Source: Trichlorobacter lovleyi SZ (lineage in GTDB: Bacteria; Desulfobacterota; Desulfuromonadia; Geobacterales; Pseudopelobacteraceae). From it: 32,000 nt of DNA. Below the pieces are notes generated by a model. The model had not been told where the DNA came from. It was given only the letters and a program-made list of their open reading frames with translations, and ran no database searches. The translations under genes and the position numbers were made by a program. This document shows, piece by piece, positions 23,886 to 32,000 of the stretch. Position 1 is the first letter of the stretch. Every line of letters starts with the position of its first letter. The stretch lies in assembly GCF_000020385.1 (NCBI RefSeq), contig NC_010814.1:2400001-2432000 (forward strand), read 5' to 3'.

Positions 23886-26800
23886 TGCAGGATTACAGCA
23901 GCACGGTTGCCATAGTCGGGATCGGCGCGCTCTTTCCTGATGCCCCGGATCTTGCCCAGTACTGGGAGCTGATCCGCAGCGGGCGCAGTGCTGTCCGTGA
24001 GGTGCCGCCAGGACGCTGGCAGGTTACCCCGGAAGAGATCTTTGATCCGGAGGTGGGCAAGCAGGATCACCTCTATACCACCCGTGGCTGTTTTCTGGAC
24101 CAGACCCCGCAGTTGCCTGAGCTGGATGGCCTTGATCCCCTGTTTCATGTCCTGGTCAGCGCAGGCAGAAAGGCCTTTAGCGACTGCCAGACCGCAGACC
24201 TTGACCGTTCACGGGTCGGGGTAATCATCGGCAACCTGGCCCTGCCGTCCGAGACCTCTTCTCTGCTGGCCCGTAACTGGCTTGGCCGCAGCTTTGAAGA
24301 ACAGGTTGTCGGACAGGCTTCCGATCCAATTCCCACCTCTCCGCTTAACCGCTATCTGGCCGGTCTGCCCGCTGGCGTACTTGCTCAACAACTTGGGCTG
24401 GGCGGGGTCACCAACACCCTTGATGCCGCCTGTGCCTCTTCTCTGTATGCCATCAAGCTGGCCATGGATGAACTGCTCTCAGGCCGCGCTGATGCCATGC
24501 TGACCGGCGGACTTTCCCGGCCTGACCCGCTCTATACCCAGATGGGTTTCAGCCAGCTGCGTGCCCTGTCAAAACGCGGTATCTGTTCACCCTTTGATGC
24601 GGCCGGTGACGGCCTCTTAACCGGCGAAGGTGCCGGTATCTTTGTGCTGAAGCGGACCAGTGATGCTGTGGCAAGTGGTGACCGGATCTACGGCATCATC
24701 CGGGCTGTGGGTCTTTCCAATGACGTGGGCGGCAGCCTGCTGGCACCGATGTCAGAGGGACAGTTGCGGGCCATGCGGGCGGCATATCAGCGGGCCGGCT
24801 GGGAACCACAGGATGTTGACCTGATTGAATGCCATGCCACCGGCACCCCGGTTGGTGATGCGGTTGAAGTGGCAAGCCTGAAGGAACTCTGGCAGGGTAG
24901 CGAGACTCGTCAGAGCTGTGTCATCGGCTCGGTCAAGTCCAACATCGGCCACCTGCTGACCGCTGCCGGGGCAGCAGCCCTGACCAAGGTACTGCTGGCC
25001 ATGCAGCATGCAACCCTGCCCCCCACTGCCAATTTCAGCTCCCCACAGCCCGGTATGCAACTGGAGCAAAGCCCGTTCAAGGTGCTGACCCGGGCAGAGC
25101 CGTGGCAACGCCGCGGCAACACCATTCCCCGCCGTGCTGCAGTCAGCGCCTTTGGCTTTGGCGGCATTAATGCTCACCTGCTGGTGGAAGAATGGTTACC
25201 GGAAAACTCCGCTCTGATCCCCCCCCCTGATTCAGGGGGGGGCGAGGGGGGGGTACCGATTGCCATAGTTGGCCTGGATGCCTCCTTTGGCCCCTGGCAG
25301 GGGCTGCAGGCAGTGCAGCAACGGGTGCTGGGAGGCAGCAGCAATGCTGTGGCCCCGACCCGTCCCAACAAGCGCTGGTGGGGTGTTGAACAGCGGGCCT
25401 GGTTCAAACAGCAGGGGCTTGATCAGATACCGTTTACCGGCTGGTTCATGGATCAGGTCAAAGTCAGCAACAACCGTTTCCGCATCCCCCCCAAAGAGAT
25501 GGAAGAGATGCAGCCCCAGCAGTTGCTGATGCTGCAGACCGCTGCCAATGCCCTGCAGGATGCAGGTCTGGACAAACAGGACAACCCCAAAACCGGGGTG
25601 ATGATCGGGATCGCCTTTGACCTGAACAGCACCGGGTTTTCCCTGCGCTGGCCCATGCAGCAGCAGGCCAGGATCTGGGCAGACCGGCTGGGACGGAAAC
25701 TGACTGAAGCTGAGTTGAACGACTGGACTGGCAAGTTACGGGACAGCATCAGCCCAGCCCTGAACGCCAACCGGACCATGGGCAGCCTGGGCAACATTGT
25801 GGCCAGCAGGATAGCGCGGGAGTTCAAGATCGGCGGCCCCAGCTTTACCCTTTCCAGTGAAGAGAGTTCCGGTATCCGTGCCCTGGAAACCGCAGTCAGG
25901 ATGCTGCAGCAGCATGAGCTGGATCAGGCCGTGGTGGGTGCGGTTGATCTGGCCGGTGATCTGCGGGCAGTGCTGGGCCAGCATGCAGTACGCCCTTTTT
26001 CAGCCACCGGCCAGTGTCGCCCCTTTGATTGCGCAGCTGATGGCACGGTGATTGGTGAAGGGGCCTGTGCCTTTGTGTTGAAACGGCTTTCCGATGCAGA
26101 GGCTGACAATAACCGGATCTATGCCGTGATCCGCGGTATCGGCTCCAGTAACGGTGCTTTGGATACTGCTTACTCTAATGCTCTGCAGCGTGCCTATCAG
26201 GATAGCGGTAGTGCTCCGGCAACCGTGAGCCTGCTTGAGGCCACGGCTGATGCCAGTCCAGAGCAGGACCGGCTTGAGGCAGAGGCACTGAACCATTTCT
26301 TTGCTGACACTGCAGCTGATGCAACAGTGGTGGGCAGTGTCAAAGGGGCCATCGGCCATACCGGTGCCGTATCCGGTCTGGCATCACTGCTTAGAGGCTG
26401 TCTTGCCCTGTACCAGGAGATCATCCCGGCCAGCAGCGGCACTGAAACAACCTGCCCGGAACTGTCCAAGGGGCCGCTGCAACTGGTGACCACCCCCCGT
26501 TACTGGCTGCGCAACCGGGAAGAGGGACCACGCCGGGCCGGTGTGTCGGTCTGCGGTATTGATGGTTCCTGCAGCCATGTGGTGCTGGAAGGGTGGGATC
26601 AGCAGCCTGCTGCAGATGCTGTCAGACGGCAGGCACCACTGGGACCCTGCCATGAACTGCTCTTTCCGCTGGTTGCCAACAGCAGTGCAGAGTTGTCAGC
26701 CGAGCTGGATCTGTTGCAGCAGCGCTGCCGCGCCACTGCCGGCAGCAGGCAGGAACTGGCAGGGCTGGCATCTGAATACTGCAGCAGAATCACCCTGCAG

Positions 26801-29800
26801 TCCGTACAACCGCAAGGGATGGCACTGGTGGCAGCAGATGCAGAACAGCTTGAGCACCTGATTGAGCAGGGCAGGCAGACCCTGCAACAGGATACTGAGT
26901 CTGTTGAGATACCTCCATCCTTGCGGGACCGGCTGTTCTACAGCAGATCGCCATTGGCTGCTCAGGGGCGGATCGCCTTTGTATTCCCCGGCTCCGGCAA
27001 TCATTACCCTGCCATGGCCAGGGACCTGTTCTGCTGCTGGCCTGAGGTGCTGCGTCAACAGAATCAAGAGAACCACCGGTTGAAAGACCAGTTCCAGCCG
27101 GATCTATTCTGGGCGGACACGCCGCAGGAGCAGCTTAATGACAACCACCGTGCCGTGATCTTTGGCCAGGTGGCTACCGGCTGCGGGGTCAGTGACCTGG
27201 TACGCAGCTTCGGCATCAGCCCTAGCAGTGTGATCGGCTACAGCCTGGGTGAATCAGCCGCCCTGTTCTCCACCCGCACCTGGGTGGATCGTGATCTGAT
27301 GTACAGCAGGATGCAGGAATCAACCCTGTTTACCCATGACCTGGCTGGCGAGTGCCGTGCCGCCCGGACCGCCTGGGGGCTGGCGGATGACCAGCAGGTC
27401 AACTGGAGCCTGGGGGTTGTGATGGCCCCGGCTGATCAGGTACGCGCAGAGATCAGCGCATTGTCACGGGTCTATCTGCTGATCATCAACACCCCTGATG
27501 AATGTGTGGTGGGTGGTGACAGCACTGCAGTTACCGAGCTGGTCGGCCGTCTGGGCTGCCACTTTTTCCCGCTCTACGGTGTGACCACCGTACATTGCGA
27601 GGTGGCCCAACCGGTGGCAACCCCGTACCATGATCTGCACCTGTTTACCACCAACCCGCCCCAGGGGGTAACCTTCTACAGTGGTGCCAAAGGTGACCGT
27701 TTTGAGCCGACCCAGGAAAACTGCGCCGCAGCGATCCTGGATCAGGCATTGCACGGGATTGACTATCCGGCCACCATTGAGGCTGCCTACCGCGATGGTG
27801 TGCGCCTGTTCCTTGAAATGGGGCCCGGCAACTCCTGCAGCAGGATGATCAGCCGGATTCTTGAAGGCCGTCCGCACCTGGCCCGTTCTGCCTGTTTCAA
27901 CGGACAGGATCAGATCCTGACCCTGCTGCGTCTACTGGCCAGCCTGATTGCCGAGCGGGTGCCGCTGGATCTGTCACCACTCTGCATGGCTGAGCCCCTT
28001 GCAACACAGGTCACAAGTAACAGCCCACAGGTCCGGCTGGTGGTCGGTGGTAAACCGTTTACAATACCGACGTTGCCGCCAGTGGCCAGTGCACCGTCCC
28101 GACCGCCTGTCAGCACAGTTGCAGCGCCTCAGCCAGCAGATCAGCTGCCGGTGACGCCACAACTGCAAAGCAGTAATACTACCCTGCTGCAGGAGTTCAG
28201 TCAGGCCCAGGCCGCCCAGATTGCAGCCCATGAGGCGTTCCTTACCCTCAGCAACAGCCTGACCCAATCCATGGCACAGGCCCTGGCGCTCCAGGTCAGC
28301 CTGCAACAGGTATTGGGTGATAACGCGCCGCCAACCGATCAGCATCAGTACCAACAAAAGCCGGCACAACGCCCCACTACAAATGAATCCTCCTGTGCCT
28401 TTAACCGCGAAATGTGTATGGAGTTCGCCATCGGCTCAGTGGCAAAGATGCTGGGGCCGCAGTTTGCCGAGGTGGATAGCTTCCCCACCCGGGTGCGCCT
28501 GCCGGATGAACCGCTGATGCTGGTGGACCGGATTATCAGGGTTGAGGGTGAGCCGCGCTCCATGACCAATGGCCGGGTGATCACCGAGCATGATATCTTC
28601 CCCCATGCCTGGTATCTGGATGGTGGCCGGATACCGACCTGTATTGCGGTGGAGGCAGGTCAGGCCGACCTGTTCCTGTCCGGGTATCTGGGGATTGACT
28701 TCATCACCAGGGGGCTGGCGGTCTATCGCCTGCTGGATGCAGTGGTAACCTTCCACCGCGGTCTGCCCGGCCCTGGTGAGACCATCAACTATGATATCCG
28801 GATTGAACGATTCTTCCGTCAGGGAGACACCTGGCTGTTCCGCTTCTTCTTTGAGGCCACCGTGGCTGGTGAGCCGCTGCTCTCCATGCGGGACGGCTGT
28901 GCCGGGTTCTTCTCATCTGCCGCCCTTGAGGCTGGTAAAGGGATTGTCAGGCCGCTGGTTGACCCGCGCCCCACAACCGGGATCAGACCGGCTGACTGGC
29001 AGGATCTGGTACCCCTGAAGCGGGAAGGGTTCACGGCTGAGCAGCTGGATAAGCTGCGTCAGGGTGATCTGGCCGGCTGCTTTGGTCCGTTGTTCAGCGG
29101 TCTAGGCATCAAGCAGCCTCTGACCATCCCCGGTGGCAGGATGCGGCTGGTACACCGGGTCAATGAGATCATCCCCCATGGTGGACGCTACGGCCAGGGA
29201 ATGATCCGTGCTGAGGCGGATATTCACCCGGATGACTGGTTCATCACCTGCCACTTTGTGGATGACCGGGTCATGCCCGGCACCCTGATGTATGAATGCT
29301 GCATGCATACCCTGCGGATTCTGCTGCTGCGGATCGGCTGGGTGGCTGAGGCAAACAGTGCGGTCTGGGAACCGGTGCCCGGGGTGGCCAGCAAGCTCTG
29401 CTGCCGTGGCCAGGTACTGGAGACCACCAGGGTGGTGACCTATGAGGTAACCATCCGCGAAATCGGCTATCGCCCGGAACCGTATGTGATTGTGGATGCC
29501 CTGATGTATGCAGATGGCAAGCCGATTGTGGAGATCACCAGCATGTCGGCCCGCCTGACCGGAACCACCAGGCAGCAACTTGAACAGCTCTGGCAGGGAC
29601 GCAACAGCAGCCCGGTCAGTTATATCAAACCAGCTATCTATACAAAGAAACAGATTCTGGCTTACAGCAACGGCAAGCCGTCTGAAGGATTCGGCGACCG
29701 CTACCAGGTCTTTGACCGGCAGCGCAAGATCGCCCGTCTGCCCGGACCGCCGTTCCAGTTCATGGACCGGGTAACCTCAGTTACGGGTGAACCGTGGCAG

Positions 29801-30715
29801 ATGAAGGCCGGAGCAGCAGCGGAGGCCCAGTATGACCTGCCGTCTGATGCCTGGTTCTTTGGGGTGGAACGTCAGCCCCGCATGCCGTTCTGCGTACTCT
29901 TGGAGGCTGCCCTGCAGCCCTGCGGCTGGCTGGCAGCCTATGTTGGCTCTGCCCTGACCACCCCCAATGACATCTCGTTCCGCAACCTGGGCGGCAGTGC
30001 CATCCAGCACCGCCCGGTGACCCCGGATAGCGGCACCCTGACCTGCTGTGCCACCATGACCAAGGTGGCCACCAGCGGCGGTATGATCATCCAGGAGTTT
30101 GACTTCAGTGTGGCTGACAGCCTGGGCATGATCTACGAAGGTCAGACCATGTTCGGGTTTTTCTCCAAAGAAGCACTGGCGCAACAGGTCGGTATCCGCG
30201 ATGCCCAGCCCTATCAGCCGTCGGAGGCGGAGACCGGCCGTGGCCGCAGCCTTGACTATCCAACCAACGCCCCGTTCCCGGACAAGCAGTTGCGGATGAT
30301 CGACCGGATCGAGCTGTACATTGCCGATGGTGGTCCAAACGGACTGGGTTACCTGCAGGGGATCAAACAGGTTGATCCTGATGAATGGTTCTTTAAGGCA
30401 CACTTCTATGAAGATCCGGTGACCCCCGGCTCCCTGGGGCTGGAGTCATTCCAGCAGTTGCTGAAATTTGCAGCTGTTGAACGCTGGGGCTGGCAGGAAG
30501 GCACGATCATCTCCAGCGTGGCCCTGCAACAGAAGCACCGTTGGCTCTACCGTGGCCAGGTGGTGCCTTCAAACAAACAGGTCCGGGTCACTGCCTGGAT
30601 CACTGCAGTGGATGATCAGCAGCAGCTGATGACTGCCAGCGGCTTCCTGGCCGTGGATGACAAGCTGATTTATCAGATGATTGATTTTACCGTGAGAATG
30701 GAATCCATACGATGA
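23885..30715 (+). CDS. pfaC: PfaC-like multidomain synthase: KS-CLF-AT-DH(FabA-like)-DH(FabA-like) (2276 aa)
   Basis: KS with DAACASSLYA. A KS-like chain-length factor lacks the Cys (SSEESSGIRA). AT with GYSLGES. Two FabA-type hot-dog regions carry HFVDDRVMPG and AHFYEDPVTPG. The start overlaps the pfaA stop (TGATG). Confidence 0.9.
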   Translation: MQDYSSTVAIVGIGALFPDAPDLAQYWELIRSGRSAVREVPPGRWQVTPEEIFDPEVGKQDHLYTTRGCFLDQTPQLPELDGLDPLFHVLVSAGRKAFSDCQTADLDRSRVGVIIGNLALPSETSSLLARNWLGRSFEEQVVGQASDPIPTSPLNRYLAGLPAGVLAQQLGLGGVTNTLDAACASSLYAIKLAMDELLSGRADAMLTGGLSRPDPLYTQMGFSQLRALSKRGICSPFDAAGDGLLTGEGAGIFVLKRTSDAVASGDRIYGIIRAVGLSNDVGGSLLAPMSEGQLRAMRAAYQRAGWEPQDVDLIECHATGTPVGDAVEVASLKELWQGSETRQSCVIGSVKSNIGHLLTAAGAAALTKVLLAMQHATLPPTANFSSPQPGMQLEQSPFKVLTRAEPWQRRGNTIPRRAAVSAFGFGGINAHLLVEEWLPENSALIPPPDSGGGEGGVPIAIVGLDASFGPWQGLQAVQQRVLGGSSNAVAPTRPNKRWWGVEQRAWFKQQGLDQIPFTGWFMDQVKVSNNRFRIPPKEMEEMQPQQLLMLQTAANALQDAGLDKQDNPKTGVMIGIAFDLNSTGFSLRWPMQQQARIWADRLGRKLTEAELNDWTGKLRDSISPALNANRTMGSLGNIVASRIAREFKIGGPSFTLSSEESSGIRALETAVRMLQQHELDQAVVGAVDLAGDLRAVLGQHAVRPFSATGQCRPFDCAADGTVIGEGACAFVLKRLSDAEADNNRIYAVIRGIGSSNGALDTAYSNALQRAYQDSGSAPATVSLLEATADASPEQDRLEAEALNHFFADTAADATVVGSVKGAIGHTGAVSGLASLLRGCLALYQEIIPASSGTETTCPELSKGPLQLVTTPRYWLRNREEGPRRAGVSVCGIDGSCSHVVLEGWDQQPAADAVRRQAPLGPCHELLFPLVANSSAELSAELDLLQQRCRATAGSRQELAGLASEYCSRITLQSVQPQGMALVAADAEQLEHLIEQGRQTLQQDTESVEIPPSLRDRLFYSRSPLAAQGRIAFVFPGSGNHYPAMARDLFCCWPEVLRQQNQENHRLKDQFQPDLFWADTPQEQLNDNHRAVIFGQVATGCGVSDLVRSFGISPSSVIGYSLGESAALFSTRTWVDRDLMYSRMQESTLFTHDLAGECRAARTAWGLADDQQVNWSLGVVMAPADQVRAEISALSRVYLLIINTPDECVVGGDSTAVTELVGRLGCHFFPLYGVTTVHCEVAQPVATPYHDLHLFTTNPPQGVTFYSGAKGDRFEPTQENCAAAILDQALHGIDYPATIEAAYRDGVRLFLEMGPGNSCSRMISRILEGRPHLARSACFNGQDQILTLLRLLASLIAERVPLDLSPLCMAEPLATQVTSNSPQVRLVVGGKPFTIPTLPPVASAPSRPPVSTVAAPQPADQLPVTPQLQSSNTTLLQEFSQAQAAQIAAHEAFLTLSNSLTQSMAQALALQVSLQQVLGDNAPPTDQHQYQQKPAQRPTTNESSCAFNREMCMEFAIGSVAKMLGPQFAEVDSFPTRVRLPDEPLMLVDRIIRVEGEPRSMTNGRVITEHDIFPHAWYLDGGRIPTCIAVEAGQADLFLSGYLGIDFITRGLAVYRLLDAVVTFHRGLPGPGETINYDIRIERFFRQGDTWLFRFFFEATVAGEPLLSMRDGCAGFFSSAALEAGKGIVRPLVDPRPTTGIRPADWQDLVPLKREGFTAEQLDKLRQGDLAGCFGPLFSGLGIKQPLTIPGGRMRLVHRVNEIIPHGGRYGQGMIRAEADIHPDDWFITCHFVDDRVMPGTLMYECCMHTLRILLLRIGWVAEANSAVWEPVPGVASKLCCRGQVLETTRVVTYEVTIREIGYRPEPYVIVDALMYADGKPIVEITSMSARLTGTTRQQLEQLWQGRNSSPVSYIKPAIYTKKQILAYSNGKPSEGFGDRYQVFDRQRKIARLPGPPFQFMDRVTSVTGEPWQMKAGAAAEAQYDLPSDAWFFGVERQPRMPFCVLLEAALQPCGWLAAYVGSALTTPNDISFRNLGGSAIQHRPVTPDSGTLTCCATMTKVATSGGMIIQEFDFSVADSLGMIYEGQTMFGFFSKEALAQQVGIRDAQPYQPSEAETGRGRSLDYPTNAPFPDKQLRMIDRIELYIADGGPNGLGYLQGIKQVDPDEWFFKAHFYEDPVTPGSLGLESFQQLLKFAAVERWGWQEGTIISSVALQQKHRWLYRGQVVPSNKQVRVTAWITAVDDQQQLMTASGFLAVDDKLIYQMIDFTVRMESIR

Positions 30716-31755
30716 AGTATCAGAAGGTAGTAATTGAGGCGCTGGAATACGAACTGGCGCCGGTGGTGGTTTCCAGCAGTGATCTTGAAGCACGGCTGGA
30801 GCCGCTCTACCGCGAACTGCGGATTGCACCGGGACAGTTGCAGGCCTTGACCGGTATCCGTGAACGGCGTTGGTGGGAACCGGGCTACCCGCTTTCCCAT
30901 GGCGCCATCATGGCAGCCCGCAAGGCACTGCTCAGCTCCGGTATTGCTGCCAGCGAGATCGGCGCCCTGGTCTACACCGGTGTCTGCCGTGAACAGTTTG
31001 AGCCTGCCACCGCCTGCCGGGTGGCCGACGGCCTGGGGATCAGCGGTGATGTGGCGATCTTTGACCTTTCCAACGCCTGCCTGGGGGTCCTGAACGGCAT
31101 CCTGGACATGGCGAACAGAATAGAACTGGGCCAGATCAGGGCCGGTCTGGTGGTCTCCTGCGAATCAGCCCGCGAGATCAATGAGGTGATGATTGCCAGG
31201 ATGCTGGAAGAGCGCAACATGCAGCATTTTGCCCATTCTCTTGCCACCCTGACCGGTGGTTCCGGCGCTGTGGCAGTGCTGCTGACCGATGGATCATTCG
31301 GCAGCAACGCCCCCCACCGTTTACTGGGCGGCATCACCAAGGCAGCTCCGCAGCACCACAACCTCTGCCTGTGGGGAGTGGGGCCGGACGGCAAGGGTGG
31401 CTATCAGCAGTCCATGGCCACTGACGGGGTCAATGTCATGAACCATGGTGTAGAACTTGGTCGACGTACCTGGGAGGCATTTCTGCCCCATGTGGGCTGG
31501 AAGGCAGAACAGGTTGACCGGGTAATCTGCCACCAGGTCGGTTCAGCCCATCAGAGCATGATCCTGAAGACCCTGGGAGTGCCTGCTGACAAGGACTTCA
31601 CCACCTATGAATTCCTGGGCAACATGGGTACCGTATCCCTGCCTCTGACCGCAGCTCTGGCTGTTGAACGGGATATCCTGTTGCCGGGTGATAGAGTCGC
31701 GTTTTTGGGCATTGGTAGCGGATTGAACTGTATGATGCTGGGAATCGAATGGTGA
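30712..31755 (+). CDS. oleA: OleA-like thiolase (annotatable as a FabH-like 3-oxoacyl-ACP synthase III), 347 aa
   Basis: KAS III fold residues: Cys in DLSNACLG, His in ICHQVGSAH, Asn in GNMGTVSLP. It also has FEPATA Glu, GIRERRWW, and the C-terminal GDRVAFLGIGSGLNCMMLGIEW that I associate with OleA. There is an ATGA overlap with pfaC, and an OleB-like gene follows. Confidence 0.65.
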   Translation: MKYQKVVIEALEYELAPVVVSSSDLEARLEPLYRELRIAPGQLQALTGIRERRWWEPGYPLSHGAIMAARKALLSSGIAASEIGALVYTGVCREQFEPATACRVADGLGISGDVAIFDLSNACLGVLNGILDMANRIELGQIRAGLVVSCESAREINEVMIARMLEERNMQHFAHSLATLTGGSGAVAVLLTDGSFGSNAPHRLLGGITKAAPQHHNLCLWGVGPDGKGGYQQSMATDGVNVMNHGVELGRRTWEAFLPHVGWKAEQVDRVICHQVGSAHQSMILKTLGVPADKDFTTYEFLGNMGTVSLPLTAALAVERDILLPGDRVAFLGIGSGLNCMMLGIEW

Positions 31756-31902
31756 CCAGCGCCCTCTTCAAGCGCTAACGGCGTTGGCTCGTCTGCGGCT
31801 CTCCCAACGTACAGCTTGGTACGCCTCAGTCGCCGCCTCCTCGCCGCCTTGTTATCATCTTGAATATGACGCTGGTTTAGCACTGAAAGGTGACTCCCTT
31901 AA

Positions 31903-32000
31903 ATGGCATTGGATCTGGCAAAAGAATATCCCTTCAAAAGCAACTACCTTGACCTGAACGGCCTCAAGTACCACTATCTGGATGAAGGCCAGGGCCCGAC
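31903..32000 (+). CDS. oleB: Alpha/beta-hydrolase, haloalkane-dehalogenase-like N-terminus (OleB-like); 5' part only
   Basis: MALDLAKEYPFKSNYLDLNGLKYHYLDEGQGP matches the typical N-terminal strand pattern of this hydrolase family. The ORF continues past the window edge. Confidence 0.5.
   Translation, partial: MALDLAKEYPFKSNYLDLNGLKYHYLDEGQGP

Noticed and set aside
17220-31883. Dozens of long alternative-frame and antisense ORFs inside the synthase genes (for example 22062-23615, 517 aa; 17493-18359, 288 aa)
   Set aside because: GC-rich coding DNA lacks stop codons in other frames. The products are Arg/Pro/Gly/Ala-rich low-complexity sequences, whereas the sense frames carry textbook KS, AT, ACP, KR and DH motifs.
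31770-31885. Orphan attC-like relic between oleA and oleB (shares CTAACGGC, CTCAGTCG, CGCC.GCC..GTTATC and a GTTTAGC end with the integron attC consensus)
   Set aside because: The spacing of the shared blocks does not match the attC. There is no L''/L' complementarity and the core is GTTTAGC rather than GTTAGRY. The short matches are most likely chance in GC-rich DNA.

Overview
The window has two unrelated halves.

(1) nt 1-13080 is a sedentary, chromosomal-type integron.
- A 3'-truncated integron integrase gene (intI) lies on the minus strand at 1-881, followed by an attI region at 882-1021.
- A plus-strand array of 16 attC sites follows. The sites are 121-132 bp, with an R'' box YYTAAC at the 5' end and an R' box GTTAGRY at the 3' end.
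- Most cassettes carry one small ORF of unknown function, and many of these are small membrane proteins.
- Two cassettes are reverse-oriented hicAB toxin-antitoxin modules.
- Cassette 1 is an exact copy of cassette 6. Cassettes 2 and 3 are diverged tandem duplicates.
- An IS21-family element (istAB) sits in attC11 with non-matching flanks. An IS256-family element with an 8-bp target duplication clips the end of a cassette ORF.
- The last attC is degenerate.

(2) nt 13.2-32 kb is GC-rich core chromosome.
- It starts with a GspE-N/MshEN-like + receiver hybrid regulator, an MTH1187/YkoF-like protein with a small unlisted zinc-ribbon ORF, and a radical SAM protein with CX4CX2C spacing.
- A translationally coupled secondary-lipid operon follows: pfaD-like enoyl reductase, pfaA-like KS-AT-4xACP-KR-DH, and pfaC-like KS-CLF-AT-DH-DH.
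- This operon runs directly into an OleA-like thiolase and the start of an OleB-like alpha/beta-hydrolase. That suggests a physically fused PUFA-synthase/olefin (pfa-ole) pathway.
- A C9-TGATTCA-G8-CGA-G8 homopolymer palindrome lies inside pfaC.

The taxon (Desulfuromonadales/Geobacter-like deltaproteobacterium) is only an inference from gene content and composition. All calls come from reading the sequence and the ORF translations; no database search was run.
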